This document shows, one piece after another, positions 10,926-21,721 of a stretch of DNA of 26,799 nt. How positions within the stretch are numbered: the first letter of the stretch is position 1; each line of letters begins with the position of its first letter. Position numbers and translations under genes: made by a program. This stretch comes from Amoeboradix gromovi X-113. Its lineage: Eukaryota; Fungi; Sanchytriomycota. The notes below the pieces were generated by a model. The model saw nothing but the letters and a program-made list of their open reading frames with translations, was not told where the DNA came from and made no database searches. The DNA lies in contig JADGIF010000052.1 of assembly GCA_018985225.1 (NCBI GenBank), forward strand, positions 1 to 26,799. The letters run 5' to 3'.

Positions 10926-11160
10926 TAAACCGTTTGGCATTTAAAATATTATTTTTTTTCTCTCCGTCTTAAAGAAAATGCCACATCGGTCTGAGGACTA
11001 CAAAGAGACTGAGTCTTCCTACATTACTAGCAAATATTTTCCTAAAACATTCAGCAGACGCCCAACTATATAAAGCTGCCTTGGACTCTAAAGTTTGTAC
11101 AAGTGGAACAATTCACAGTTTTAACGGGTCAGTCCGTTAAATTTAATCTGTACAGAAAGA
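10926..11160 (+). mobile_element. Internally deleted IS630/Tc1-mariner-like element
   Basis: TA-AACCGTTTGGCATTTAAAA end, then MPHRSEDYKET (resembles the HKSEDYK N-terminus of IS630-like transposases, from recall); no matching right TIR found. Confidence 0.45.
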
Positions 11161-11165
11161 TTTTA

Positions 11166-11258
11166 AACACCTTTTTGACTAAGAATGTACCTCGTGACTA
11201 AGGATACACACCAACATGAAATAGCGGGGAAACGACACTAGTCGTCAGATAAGGTGTT
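11166..11258. repeat. Possible ~93-bp MITE
   Basis: Imperfect inverted repeat AACACCTTTTTGAC ... GTCAGATAAGGTGTT. Confidence 0.35.
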
Positions 11259-11725
11259 CAAGAAAAGAATTTGAAGGGAGCATAAGCGTTTAGAAGATTA
11301 AAAAGTTGAAATTAAAGGCTATCTCATCATTGCATAAGCTCTGTGCACATAATATGGCTTCATGTTCTGTTGGGCTTTTAATGGCCATCACTAGACTATA
11401 TCACTTTCTGGTGAGGTGCTTTCCCTTATTATTTCCTGCTTTCATCCTATTGGTATTTGTACCCGATATTTTCTCATAGTTGTCTATCAGTAGAATAAAT
11501 TTCATGTCTTTCTGTTCAATTTAGTACCCTGGATAACAGCCTTTTCCCACTGACCATGCGCAGTGTCTGGATCTAAACCACGGAGAACGTAAATGTGAAC
11601 ATTCACGTGACATACAAACGTCACTCTTTCGGCAATGCACAGGGCATCTAATTCGATGTTTATTTCCCTCTTGCAATATTTTTCAATCCCTCCTGTCTAA
11701 CTTTCATACAGCAAGTCCTCTTTAT

Positions 11726-12085
11726 GGGACACCAAATGTAAAAACAAGACCAAGTCGTCTTTAAAGGAGGTGCTCCATAAGGAGGAAATACTATTATTAA
11801 TAAAAATCCTTCTTCTTTCACACCAATTCTTTTTCATTAATGCCATTCCTCTCTTTAAAATAAAACAAGATGACCCAATATCTCTTTCAAGTAAGGTCTT
11901 TGAGTATCTAAGCAAAGGTGCATTTTCTTAGACGATACTCTTTATCTGTTCCATTTCTTTTTCTTCTTACCACCTTTCGTATAACTTATTTTTTGTTTTC
12001 TCTTCTTCTTGTAATCATTGTTTCTAAGATTTTGATGGATGAAAAGCTTTTACACTAAAACAATTTACTTCAATATGATATCACC
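11726..12085 (-). pseudogene. Fanzor1 family A 3' remnant with right TIR
   Basis: EYRLRKCTF.../LERDIGSSCFILKRG; ends GGTGTCCC|ATAA; 5' limit approximate. Confidence 0.82.
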
Positions 12086-12098
12086 TATGTTAAAACAA

Positions 12099-13214
12099 TT
12101 ATTCTTTATTAAACATTACCAAATCATGCAGCCGTGGCACAAATGGAAGCATAGTTTCCTGGTTAGTAAACTCTGATTGTTTTTTCTGCAGTTTTCTTCT
12201 GTAAGTAAAAGATCTATGCACAAATAAAATTATCAACATAATCAGTGCACTCAAACCAACAGTCAGTCCTATAATTAGGCCAAGCTCCAAATTTGACTGC
12301 TGACTCTGCTGAGTTTCATCAACTAGCCGCCTCAGCTTAACTTGTTCAAGTCCATCAGCATCCACGTCAAAAACGTCTATGCATCCCAACCCTTGACCAT
12401 ATTCAGATTCGCATCGTCCCACGACAAACAAAGTCTTGTTAATAATCTCCAGATTTGCGGGATTATTAAACGAGATATTGATATTTCTTTCTAGAAGAGT
12501 ATCTAGAAATATTGATACTCTTCCTGCACCATTTCTAGTAGTGTACAGTCTGTTGGTTGCATCAAACCGAATTCCATCCACATCTATATGTCCTGAGTTA
12601 TCAAGAGTGTTGAAGTCTACAACAAGGTCCTTCGAGCTCAAGTCGATGCCGCTATTTTTAAACTTGAATTTATAGATTTTATTAGAGCTTGGGGTGCTAT
12701 TAGTGTTGAATGCTTCCGTGACGTATAGAAACTGACCATCAGGATGAACAGCAATGCCATTAGTTCTGCCCATATGAGCAAGTACTTTTGATCGGCCTAA
12801 TTTATCACACATCCATATCTGCCCATCTCCAATTTTTGTATATGGTGTATACTTTTGGCCGCTTACGAATATGTTATTCTCATGCAATACTATATCGTTA
12901 CTCATCCCATTAATTCCATCTGGATGCTTGCAAAACTCTTTAAATCCACCATCATATTTGTATATCTTATTTTCAGTTACTTCTATGGCATAGAAAACAT
13001 CGTTCCCGGCCCATTTGATGCCATTAAAAAAGTGCGATGAATTCTTTGAACGGAAATTTTGATGGTTTGTGGATAAGATCTCGGCGGTACTCATATGGCC
13101 ATTTGTAGCAAATAAAACACCTGTAGGATCTACACCAGCACCCTCAATAAATGATCCAAACGTAGAATTTGATTTATCAATGAATACTATTGCACAAATT
13201 AGAGAAAATATCAT
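12099..13214 (-). CDS. SMP-30/gluconolactonase-family beta-propeller with signal peptide and C-terminal TM helix
   Basis: Blade motifs IEG, FNG, SND, TNGIAVHPDGQFLYV, VDGIRFD; hydrophobic N-terminus; TM segment LGLIIG...LFV followed by basic residues. Confidence 0.85.
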   Translation of the reverse strand: MIFSLICAIVFIDKSNSTFGSFIEGAGVDPTGVLFATNGHMSTAEILSTNHQNFRSKNSSHFFNGIKWAGNDVFYAIEVTENKIYKYDGGFKEFCKHPDGINGMSNDIVLHENNIFVSGQKYTPYTKIGDGQIWMCDKLGRSKVLAHMGRTNGIAVHPDGQFLYVTEAFNTNSTPSSNKIYKFKFKNSGIDLSSKDLVVDFNTLDNSGHIDVDGIRFDATNRLYTTRNGAGRVSIFLDTLLERNINISFNNPANLEIINKTLFVVGRCESEYGQGLGCIDVFDVDADGLEQVKLRRLVDETQQSQQSNLELGLIIGLTVGLSALIMLIILFVHRSFTYRRKLQKKQSEFTNQETMLPFVPRLHDLVMFNKE

Positions 13215-13751
13215 GGTTCAAGGATAAACGACGACTTGCAATGCTTACTTTGATTGGTGATGTCATGAATTCGGAGATAAACGCAAAAGTTCAATCTGAA
13301 GTCCTCTGGTTAATCGGGAATCTAGTACTTCATAATGTAGATAACCTAGGCAGGTCTGTTATAATACAAAAGAAGTTAAGTATAGATACTAAACAAGAAA
13401 TAGGCAAGATGCTTCGGCTTCTACGGCAATGGAGGCCAGTAAAGTAGCTTTTCAAGGGCTCGTAGGGATCCAACGCTTGACTGGTGCACTCACAGTGATA
13501 TAACTGTGGATCAAGATGCGAACGCGTGCTTTAACAATTCTCATATTGTACAAGATATGTTCATAAATTATGAAGGAACTGAATTGCAAAGAAATTAAAT
13601 TGTTAAAAGGCTTTATCTAAGAGTATATATCATACGTTGCGAGGTCTTTGTACTTGGTTACATCTTTACCGACATTTGCTTCAATACGTTTGTACCAGTC
13701 TTTGTAGTGCACCCGAAAAATGTATGAAAATATGGTTTAAATTTAAAGTTT
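13213..13751 (+). pseudogene. Fanzor remnant family C plus candidate omega-RNA
   Basis: WCTHSDITVDQDANACFNNSHIV...LQRN* (13482-13598) resembles Cxx(C)...DRDxNAxxNI; followed by a long imperfect hairpin at 13608-13751. Confidence 0.65.
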
Positions 13752-13844
13752 ATCTGTTACGGCAAGAGGGCTCTAAAATTTAGTTATTTTAATTACTCCA
13801 TTGCCTCTAAACAGCATAAAAGAAATCGATTTAAACTTTACTCG

Positions 13845-15086
13845 ATGAACACAGCAGCTCAAATATTTCAAAGTAAATCTGATCCAGTTGATACCTCTAC
13901 TTCAACTAAGAGCAAAACAGCAGCTAATGAGAAGATGGAAGCCTTGGCCTGGTTTGGTACTGAGGACATTCGACTTGTAAAGGTTGAAAAGCCTTTGATC
14001 ACTGACCCCACAGACGCTATTGTGAGAGTGACGAAATCCACAATCTGCGGAAGTGATTTGCATCTATACACAAATGAGATAAAAGATATGCGACCATATG
14101 ATATCGTAGGCCATGAAGCTTGTGGTGTAGTAGAAAGTATTGGTAAACAAGTCAAAAACGTCAAAGAGGGCCAAAGGGTGGTCATTTCCTTTGCAGTGTC
14201 TTGCGGTGAATGCAGTTACTGCAAAAGAGGTGAGACTTCTGGTTGCGACACTACGAATCCCTCTAGGTTGATGGAGAAGATGTACGGCCACCGAACTGCT
14301 GGTATTTTGGGCTACTCTCATCTGTTGGGTGGCTATTCAGGATGCCAAGCTCAATTTGTTCGAGTTCCATTTGCTGATGTTGACTTGTTGCCTATACCTG
14401 ATCAGGTATCCGACGACAAGGCTCTTTTTCTCAGTGATGTGTTGTGTACCTCTTACCATGCAACCGAACTTTGCAGTGTCAAGGAAGGCGATGTTGTTGC
14501 TATATGGGGCTTGGGTCCTATTGGGTTGCTGGCTGCTAAATGGTGCCAGATAAAGAAAGCAAAGCGAGTAATTGGTATTGATGGAGTTGATTATAGACTT
14601 CAGATGGGATTGAACGAGCTAGGTATTGAAATTATCGATTTTACCAAGGATAATGTTTGTGAGCTGCTTGGAAAAATGGTACCTGGTGGTGTAGACTGTG
14701 CTATAGATGCTGCAGGATTCAGGTACACAACGAGTACTACTCATAAGATTGAGAGAGCACTGAATTTGGAAACAGACTCTTGTGACGTATTAACTGAATG
14801 CATCACTGGTTTACGAAAATACGGTAGGCTATCAATTATTGCAGACTATGCGGGATACACAAACCACTTTCCGATTGGGGCTTTTATGGAGAAACACTTG
14901 AGTTGTGCAGGCGGACAGTGCCCTGTTCAAGCGGTGTGGCACAAGTGTTTAGAGTATATCCTATCGGGCGATATGGATCCAACATTCATCGTAACTCATA
15001 CAGGTACATTGAAGGATGGCCCAGAGTTATATTCAAAGTTCCACAAAAAGGAAGACGGAATTATTAAAGTGATACTAAGTACGTAA
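13845..15086 (+). CDS. Zinc-dependent MDR alcohol/formaldehyde dehydrogenase-like protein (YbdR/FDH-like), intronless
   Basis: ICGSDLH, GHE, structural zinc CGECSYC-x7-C, GYSHLLGGY, Rossmann GLGPIG. Confidence 0.93.
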   Translation: MNTAAQIFQSKSDPVDTSTSTKSKTAANEKMEALAWFGTEDIRLVKVEKPLITDPTDAIVRVTKSTICGSDLHLYTNEIKDMRPYDIVGHEACGVVESIGKQVKNVKEGQRVVISFAVSCGECSYCKRGETSGCDTTNPSRLMEKMYGHRTAGILGYSHLLGGYSGCQAQFVRVPFADVDLLPIPDQVSDDKALFLSDVLCTSYHATELCSVKEGDVVAIWGLGPIGLLAAKWCQIKKAKRVIGIDGVDYRLQMGLNELGIEIIDFTKDNVCELLGKMVPGGVDCAIDAAGFRYTTSTTHKIERALNLETDSCDVLTECITGLRKYGRLSIIADYAGYTNHFPIGAFMEKHLSCAGGQCPVQAVWHKCLEYILSGDMDPTFIVTHTGTLKDGPELYSKFHKKEDGIIKVILST

Positions 15087-15299
15087 GTGCAGATTAATAA
15101 AACAATTTTTATTTCATTCATTGGTGTGGTTAGTACAGCCCAAGAAAAACGTGCTTCTGTTTCTTATCTTTTTTTATTCGGAAGATTGTATATAGTCATA
15201 CCGTCTAGTAGTAAAGAGGTATTGAGCCATTTATCATCTGAAAACTAGTAAAAAAAGCTCCTCCATCACCCCCAACTTTCCTTTTTATTAGTTCTTAAA

Positions 15300-15395
15300 A
15301 GACATTCAAATGGCTTGAAGATTTGACTCATTTTCGTTGTAACCCTTTATAGCATTGAGCAAGCCTGGTGTACCCTCAAGCATCATTAATATACC
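15300..15395 (+). pseudogene. Possible Tc1/IS630 transposase fragment
   Basis: KWLED...NP / IEQAWCTLKHH resembles the NPIExxWxxLK motif. Confidence 0.3.
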
Positions 15396-15436
15396 TGGTA
15401 GAATGTTTGAATAGATATTTTTGGATCCTCTTCTCC

Positions 15437-15615
15437 CTCAGAGACCTCGTATATTTGAAAGAGATAGCGTGTCATCTTGTTTATTTTAAAGAGGGGATTG
15501 ACATTAATGAAAGAAAATTGGTTTGAAAGAAGGACTTTTATTAATAATAGTATTTCCTCCCTATGGAGTGCCTCCTTTAAAAACGACTTGGTCTAGTTTT
15601 TATATTTGGTGTCCC
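15437..15615 (+). pseudogene. Fanzor1 family A 3' remnant with right TIR
   Basis: RPRIFERD...KRGLTLMKENW...FKNDLV*; ends GGTGTCCC|ATGA. Confidence 0.82.
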
Positions 15616-15684
15616 ATGAGGTTTGATACAAGGAATAACGAACTTCATTTTAAACTAGAAGAATGGTGGAAAAGTTTTTATTAT

Positions 15685-16315
15685 CTACAATATAATGCAC
15701 TTCTTAACCTTTGATTTCTTCTTTTGATCTGCGTCTGGGTCATTACTTCTAAACTTCCTAATTTCCCTAACTAAAGTATAATAACACTCATTGACATTGT
15801 TTCTTAACTTGGCGCTAGATTCAAAAAATTTGGAATTCCAAGTCTTTGCAAGATCTTTTCCTTCCTGAGTGCTAACCTGACGTTCACTTTCCATGTCACA
15901 CTTATTTCCCACCAAAACCACCGGAAAGTAACTTTGATCAACTACTCTTAATATTTGTTCATGGAACCCACTTGTCTCTTCAAACGTGCTTCTCTGTGTA
16001 ATTGAATAAACTAGTAAAAATCCATCTCCTGTTCTCATATATTGTTCCCTCATCGCGCTATACTACGTTATTTTATACATACTTCTTCTTGTCCTGCAGT
16101 ATCTAATATATCTAGTAATACTACTTCCTCGTCAACTACGCATTGCTTTCGGTAAGAATCTTCAATAGTTGGACTATATTAATAATAAAATACTCATATT
16201 CATCCTCAAATCGTGATAATATAAATTGTATGGTCAATGCTGATTTCCCTACACCTCCGCTTCCCACTGTTACAATTTTATACTTAATTACAGACTCTTC
16301 CTTTGCTCCACCCAT
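15685..16315 (-). CDS. RAS: Ras GTPase, 196 aa; exons 16315-16194, 16173-16083, 16062-15685
   Basis: After splicing: [39 protein letters not shown], polybasic tail plus CAAX (CIIL). Confidence 0.96.
16063..16082 (-). other. 20-nt intron 2 (Ras)
   Basis: GTATGTATAAAATAACGTAG between GQEE and YSAM. Confidence 0.95.
16174..16193 (-). other. 20-nt intron 1 (Ras)
   Basis: GTATTTTATTATTAATATAG splits the Asp codon of YDPTIED. Confidence 0.95.
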
Positions 16316-16426
16316 CGTTTCAAAATCTGAACAAATTTGTCGGCTGAAATAAGAAAACGCATTAAAAGAAAGGATAGCATGGAACCGAGGCCAAGACTTT
16401 TCATTTATTTTAACAAATATTATTTA

Positions 16427-19400
16427 CTAAATATTCTGCTGCTCATTATCAATCAACTCATATACATGTGTCTTGTTCATTTCTCGATTATATTCGCTCT
16501 CTAGCATCATCAAGATTTTTTTCTTTGACATCTCACCTTCTCTCATAAACATTCGTATGCTTTCTATGAGCCGGTCATCAGGTATTGCTCCAACCTCATC
16601 ACTCACGTACGGCTGCCTTTTTCTGACCATGGATGCTCTTGGTGATGGATTTGCTCGGAGCTGATCTCCCAACATGGGGCTCGCCATCATGGGACTGGAG
16701 TACATTGACATTCGTGGTGTATCTTGTCGCGGTGAGGCTGCAACAAATGGCGAGTACATAGTAGACATTCTTGGATTAGAATTAGTCACATTTTGCACAT
16801 CTGCAGGCGCATCTACAAACCAGCTAGCTTCTCTGCTATGTTTAAATAACTGCGGTCTTTGTTGTAACAGCTCATTTACCTCATTTGAATATTCCTGCCA
16901 TGTCTTGTGAGGTATCTGATTTATATCAAAAGTATCCACCTGCTTGCTAATTATTTGCTGTTTACCACCCTCTCCCAAGATCACTCGAGTAGTTCCCCAG
17001 CTAAAATCGTCAAAATGCCAAAAACTATACACTGGTAACATCAAATTGAATACCGGAATTGCGATTATGTAAATTAGCATCCACCCAATATGCTGGAAGT
17101 CTCTCTTAATTATGAATATTAAGGCCTGCAATCCATAGATGGCAGCTAACAAAATAAACGAAATGACAGGGAACAATCCTGGAGTTCCAAAGACATAGTC
17201 GTAAATTATCCTAGAAATCAAGTACATCAAATAAACAACACCTATAGGTCCTACAACAGTACTTATCAAATCAATAAATACGATAAAGCGCATGCTAAAA
17301 CAGCAAAAACCGCATAAACTATCAATCCAAATCAATTCTGCCAAATTATGGACTGTGCTGTTAATCCACCTACGTCTCTGGGATTTTAATATGGACCATT
17401 TATCAGGAGCATTAGTTAGGCACTGGCTATTACTAACAAATACCATTTTACTATATGGAAAATACTTCAGCATAAGCTACGTTAGTCTCAAATACTGTTG
17501 TTAGGTATCTATCCTCTCCCAAAGATAGCAAATTCTTTTTATGAAGTGTGTCAACCTGATTATTTCCATAATCCTCGATAATCTGATTGTTAACTAATAA
17601 CGGCTTACCTCCCGTACTAGATCCAGCAGCAATAACTGGGCTTCGAATTCTGTACATGCAGAAACAGCCAGGAAGACAAGTTACGCTTCCAAACATGCTT
17701 TCAAATGCTTTGCTTAAGTGATGACTAATGTAGTACTCATAAACCTGAATCATCGTAATAACGGATTGATTTTCGTTGCTGATTCTTGTTTCGCCACAGC
17801 ATCCCATAACTGATGCGTCAAAGTTCATTCTGGCGACTAATGGAGTTAGCGAGTCCTTAAGTATCTCAGTATCTGCGTCTACCATCAGTACTAGTTCATA
17901 AAGATTCGGATCAACACCGATAGTGTTCTGAATGTTGTGATATATCTCTAACTCTAATGGACTCATCGGCGTCTTGTAAATAACCTTATTTAGAAACCTC
18001 ATCAAAATCATTTGAGAGTCCCTTTTACCTCTGTTTCCAGGCTTTATACGTTCATTTAGTCTACCGCACTTAACCACAACTATGAAAGGTACAAGGTGGC
18101 CTTTTACTCCGTACAAACCGCTGAATACTTTGCCCATGTTATGTTGCTTACTGCCTTCCCCTATACTTACGAAACTTAACGGTTCAGTAGCTGCATCCAC
18201 ATCTGTACTTACTCCCAATATGTCTAATACTATTTGTGGTGTAGTTCTATCGTTTCCACTTCCCATTACTAAGCCGTCGCAAATCAAGAATAGTAATTTG
18301 TGTTGATCGCTGTATTTACAATTAGCACAGCTATCAATAGTTCTTCTTATGCTTTCTTCACCTTCGCTATAACAAGGAATTTGGATAATTGTGTATTTGT
18401 GTATTTCTTCAGGATTACTAGTCAACGCACTTCGTAAAGCAGCCAAAAACTTGATACCGATAATTAGTACTAGAAGTACAGAGGTTGTGAGCAGCAATAC
18501 ATTGCTCATAACACAAGGAATGCTCAATCTATCGTCTCTAACACCTACATAAAACAGATTATTAAAACACTGTTTGATGTTATTCTCATTTGCGTTCCAT
18601 TTCTGCATAAAATTGGAGTTATCGCTAAGGTCGGTACCAAAAGACTTCTGCAAATACTGAGTAACATCGCTACTAAAGAACTTGTAGTTTGGGTCAGTTG
18701 ATTTGTAGTTCCAAAAAGTCAAATCGTATACTTTTTTACTTATTATAACCATTTTGCGTGGTTCAGTGGCGTCCTTGAGGCTATTCACATACTGAGGTGC
18801 CCATGCTAGCTCTTTAACCCAGCGTTGTTTAGTTATAAAATTGTTAATAAAGGCACTTCCAAGAGCAGGGTTAGTAAGCCATCTCTTATGATGTTCAACA
18901 AATTTGGTAGCGTTCGTATCTGCGTACCGCGGTGGAGGTTCTAGAAACACAGCTTTATCCGTAGGTACGTTACAATATAGATTTGCTGGTCTAAACTGAA
19001 CTAGAGCAGAACTAACGTCCTTACCACCATACATTATCTTCATCCCTTTTGTGGTCTGAGAATGAACATAGTTCATATCATATATATCATTCAAGCTGTA
19101 TACCTTTCCATATGCGCTAACAATTTCATTGTTCAAAGTTAGCTCAAAGGGTGAATAGATATTTTGGAGAGGACAGATAAGTGGACCAAGGCCTACGATA
19201 AAAAAAAGGACTATCAGACTCATTAATAGTATAATCAAGCACAGCGCCACCTTTTCTCTCCAAGCTAACTGAACATCTCCTCTCTTCATTCTACCACAAA
19301 TTCGAATACAAAAGTCAGGAATAAAGAAAGTTAGCCCGTACACACAGCACAACCACCTTTTTCTTATCGTGGTTAACGGAACCTCTTCAATTTTTTCCTG

Positions 19401-21572
19401 ATCCTTGTTCAATGGAATGTTTACAATTGTATCAGCGATACTGGCATCGTCCTCATCCACTACACTTAATGCCACACTGCTCATATCACTCGTACTTATT
19501 TCGCTTTGATCATCACCATTCTGAGAATTGTTTTGCGAGTTGTTGATAGAAATGTTGTCGTTTGCTGCTGTGGTATTTAAGTGCTGCTGCAACCTCAATT
19601 TGCTCTCCAATTGCACAAATATCTTGTTTCCTATCATCACTTGTCGCTGTCCAAGATATAAATCAGAATTGTTTAAATGATTTGTAGTCTTGTACAATTC
19701 AATTACATCGCCATTTGCTGTGTTTCCATTATCAACGTTCAAAACACTACTATATTTTAATAAAAAGTCCGAAAATGTCATACTAGCTACATAGTCGCCC
19801 TTAAAATCCAGCAACTCTTTGTACAAATCATATATCTTATAATGTTTCAAATAAGTCCCGTTGATTTTATTGTTCGACTTTGGCACAACATAGACTACGC
19901 TAACCATTGTTTCCTGAACAATCTCTACCAGTTTGGAATAGGCTTGTAAGTAGTGAGTCCCTTTGCAATGCCTCTTTTTGTTTCCTTTGATTGGAACAAG
20001 AATATTGCATTGCTTCATTGCTAGATTTCTTATGCTTTTAGACGTGAATATCTTGTAAAGCACAGCATTTTCGGATTGAGGATACTCTGCACTACCTGCC
20101 ATCAGCACTACCAAGTCGTTGCTCAAGTACTCTTGATTTTGATGAGTTAGTAATTTGCCTTCATAAAACACAGTGCCATTAAAATGGTCAATTCCAAAGT
20201 TTGTGGAACTTCTACCTGTAGATAACAACTCAGATCCTTGGAATTCTTTTCTAATTTGTTGTAACAATGTAGCATAATCCTTATGAGTATTTATGAGCGT
20301 TAAAACACTATTTTTACTAAACAATAAATCATTTGTATTAGAATATTTGTATTGAACATCATTTTTTGGAAGTCCTTCAATTCTAAAATGAGTAGTGTTT
20401 AAGATCTGCTTAATGCAGGTTTCATGAAAATGTTGATAAACGGAATTGTTGATAAAATCCACTAGCTCATTCTCTTTTTCGATATAAATAGGCTTCAGGT
20501 CCACAAATAGAATGGTATTGGCATACTCAGAAGCAGCAATTCTTTTATTAACATGCTCAATGAACCAAGCATAAACCATGGCATAAAGCTGGCTAGCTAG
20601 CAAGTCTGTCTGCTGTTTAGCCTCGTCTTTATTAAGTAGCGCAGTAAAATACTCTCCATCCGTTATAGTAGTTTTAATAGTTAAACTAGCTTCCAAAGCA
20701 CTGGGATCAACACTAAACAGCAAAGCAACAATGTCTCGTACTTCTGTATTTTGTATCTTGCAAGGCTCATTTAATTGACTAGTATTCGAAAACTGAATAT
20801 TACCAAGATGAAGGATACCAGCGAGAATGCTATAAATGTGCAGTTTGGATTTTGAACTTAAATTAAGCAAACTAAGTCCGTTATCCAGTAGTCGAAAGTT
20901 ATCGCCATCTTTATGTGATATGGAAGTACTAAATTGACTCAAATAGCTGTACTGGTTAGGCTCGCCTAAATGTAAAGTAGATTTGATTTCTGAAGTACTT
21001 TGAAGTAGAGCATAGAACACATCAAAGTTTCGTTGATTGGACCCTTTGGAAACGACTCGATTGTATTCAAATAATGTACTAGTAAGTCTATAACCATTAA
21101 GGTGGCCTCTCTCATTAATTTGGGCCTGAACAATAATACCACACCGTTGGCTGGATTGGTCGTTGATCAAACAACTAGTGAACAGCTCATGGATGTTCAA
21201 AGCTGTTACCACCTTTGCGCAGTACTTTGTGTCTCTTTTTCCACCCATAACTTTTCCTAAATGAGATATCATATGATCTCTTATCTTCCCACCATTACCA
21301 AAATAAGCAATTGTTTGGTCTTTTGCCAACCTCCTTAGCCTAAAGTAAGTGTTATTGATTAGCTGAAGCGGGTTTGCATCATAGTTCCATTTATCCAAAC
21401 TGTCTTTGTAAGCTTCAACATATTCTTCATTCTCCAAATTTAATTGTGATTGAGCTGCAATCAATACCTGAGAACCTATTTTAACATACTTGTTGTTCAA
21501 TAAACGCGCCCCTATCTCTTCAGTTACAGAGTCTTTACTAGGATCTCTTAAATTTAAAAGATCAGAATCCAT
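16427..21572 (-). CDS. Division II (class V/VII-type) chitin synthase with degenerate myosin motor-like domain, ~1708 aa; exons 21572-17496 and 17476-16427
   Basis: Myosin-like N-terminus (QRNFDVFY, GILHLGNIQF, FGIDHFNGTVFY), AWREKVALC, GNRGKRDSQ, DADT, CLPGCF, LGEDRYLTT|LMLK, QRRRW, SWG. Confidence 0.95.
17477..17495 (-). other. 19-nt intron (chitin synthase)
   Basis: GTATTTGAGACTAACGTAG with CTAAC branch motif; restores EDRYLTTLMLK. Confidence 0.93.
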
Positions 21573-21721
21573 TTGAAACGCAAGTCGACGTTCTCTTCGA
21601 CTACTAATTAAGAAGTGTCAGGCTTTAAGATTTTCTACATTTTAAAACTTCTCGTAGTTTGCCTTTACAATTGCGCAAAATTACTAATTGGATAAACGGT
21701 TCTCAAACATCCCGCAACTGT

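Noticed and set aside
11490-11700. Minus-strand open stretch GGIEKYCKRE...VNVHIYVL, vaguely OTU-like
   Set aside because: No clear start, no catalytic motif; cannot be supported by eye.
142-11725. Single large element between the TIRs at 141 and 11726, both flanked by TTAT
   Set aside because: The TIRs face outward, so they belong to different elements; the shared flank fits the ATRN target preference.
11697-11915. ORFs 371-595, 9413-9622, 11697-11915, 13190-13447, 15523-15714 and 26319-26543 as host genes
   Set aside because: They are open stretches of decayed Fanzor sequence or its alternate frames.
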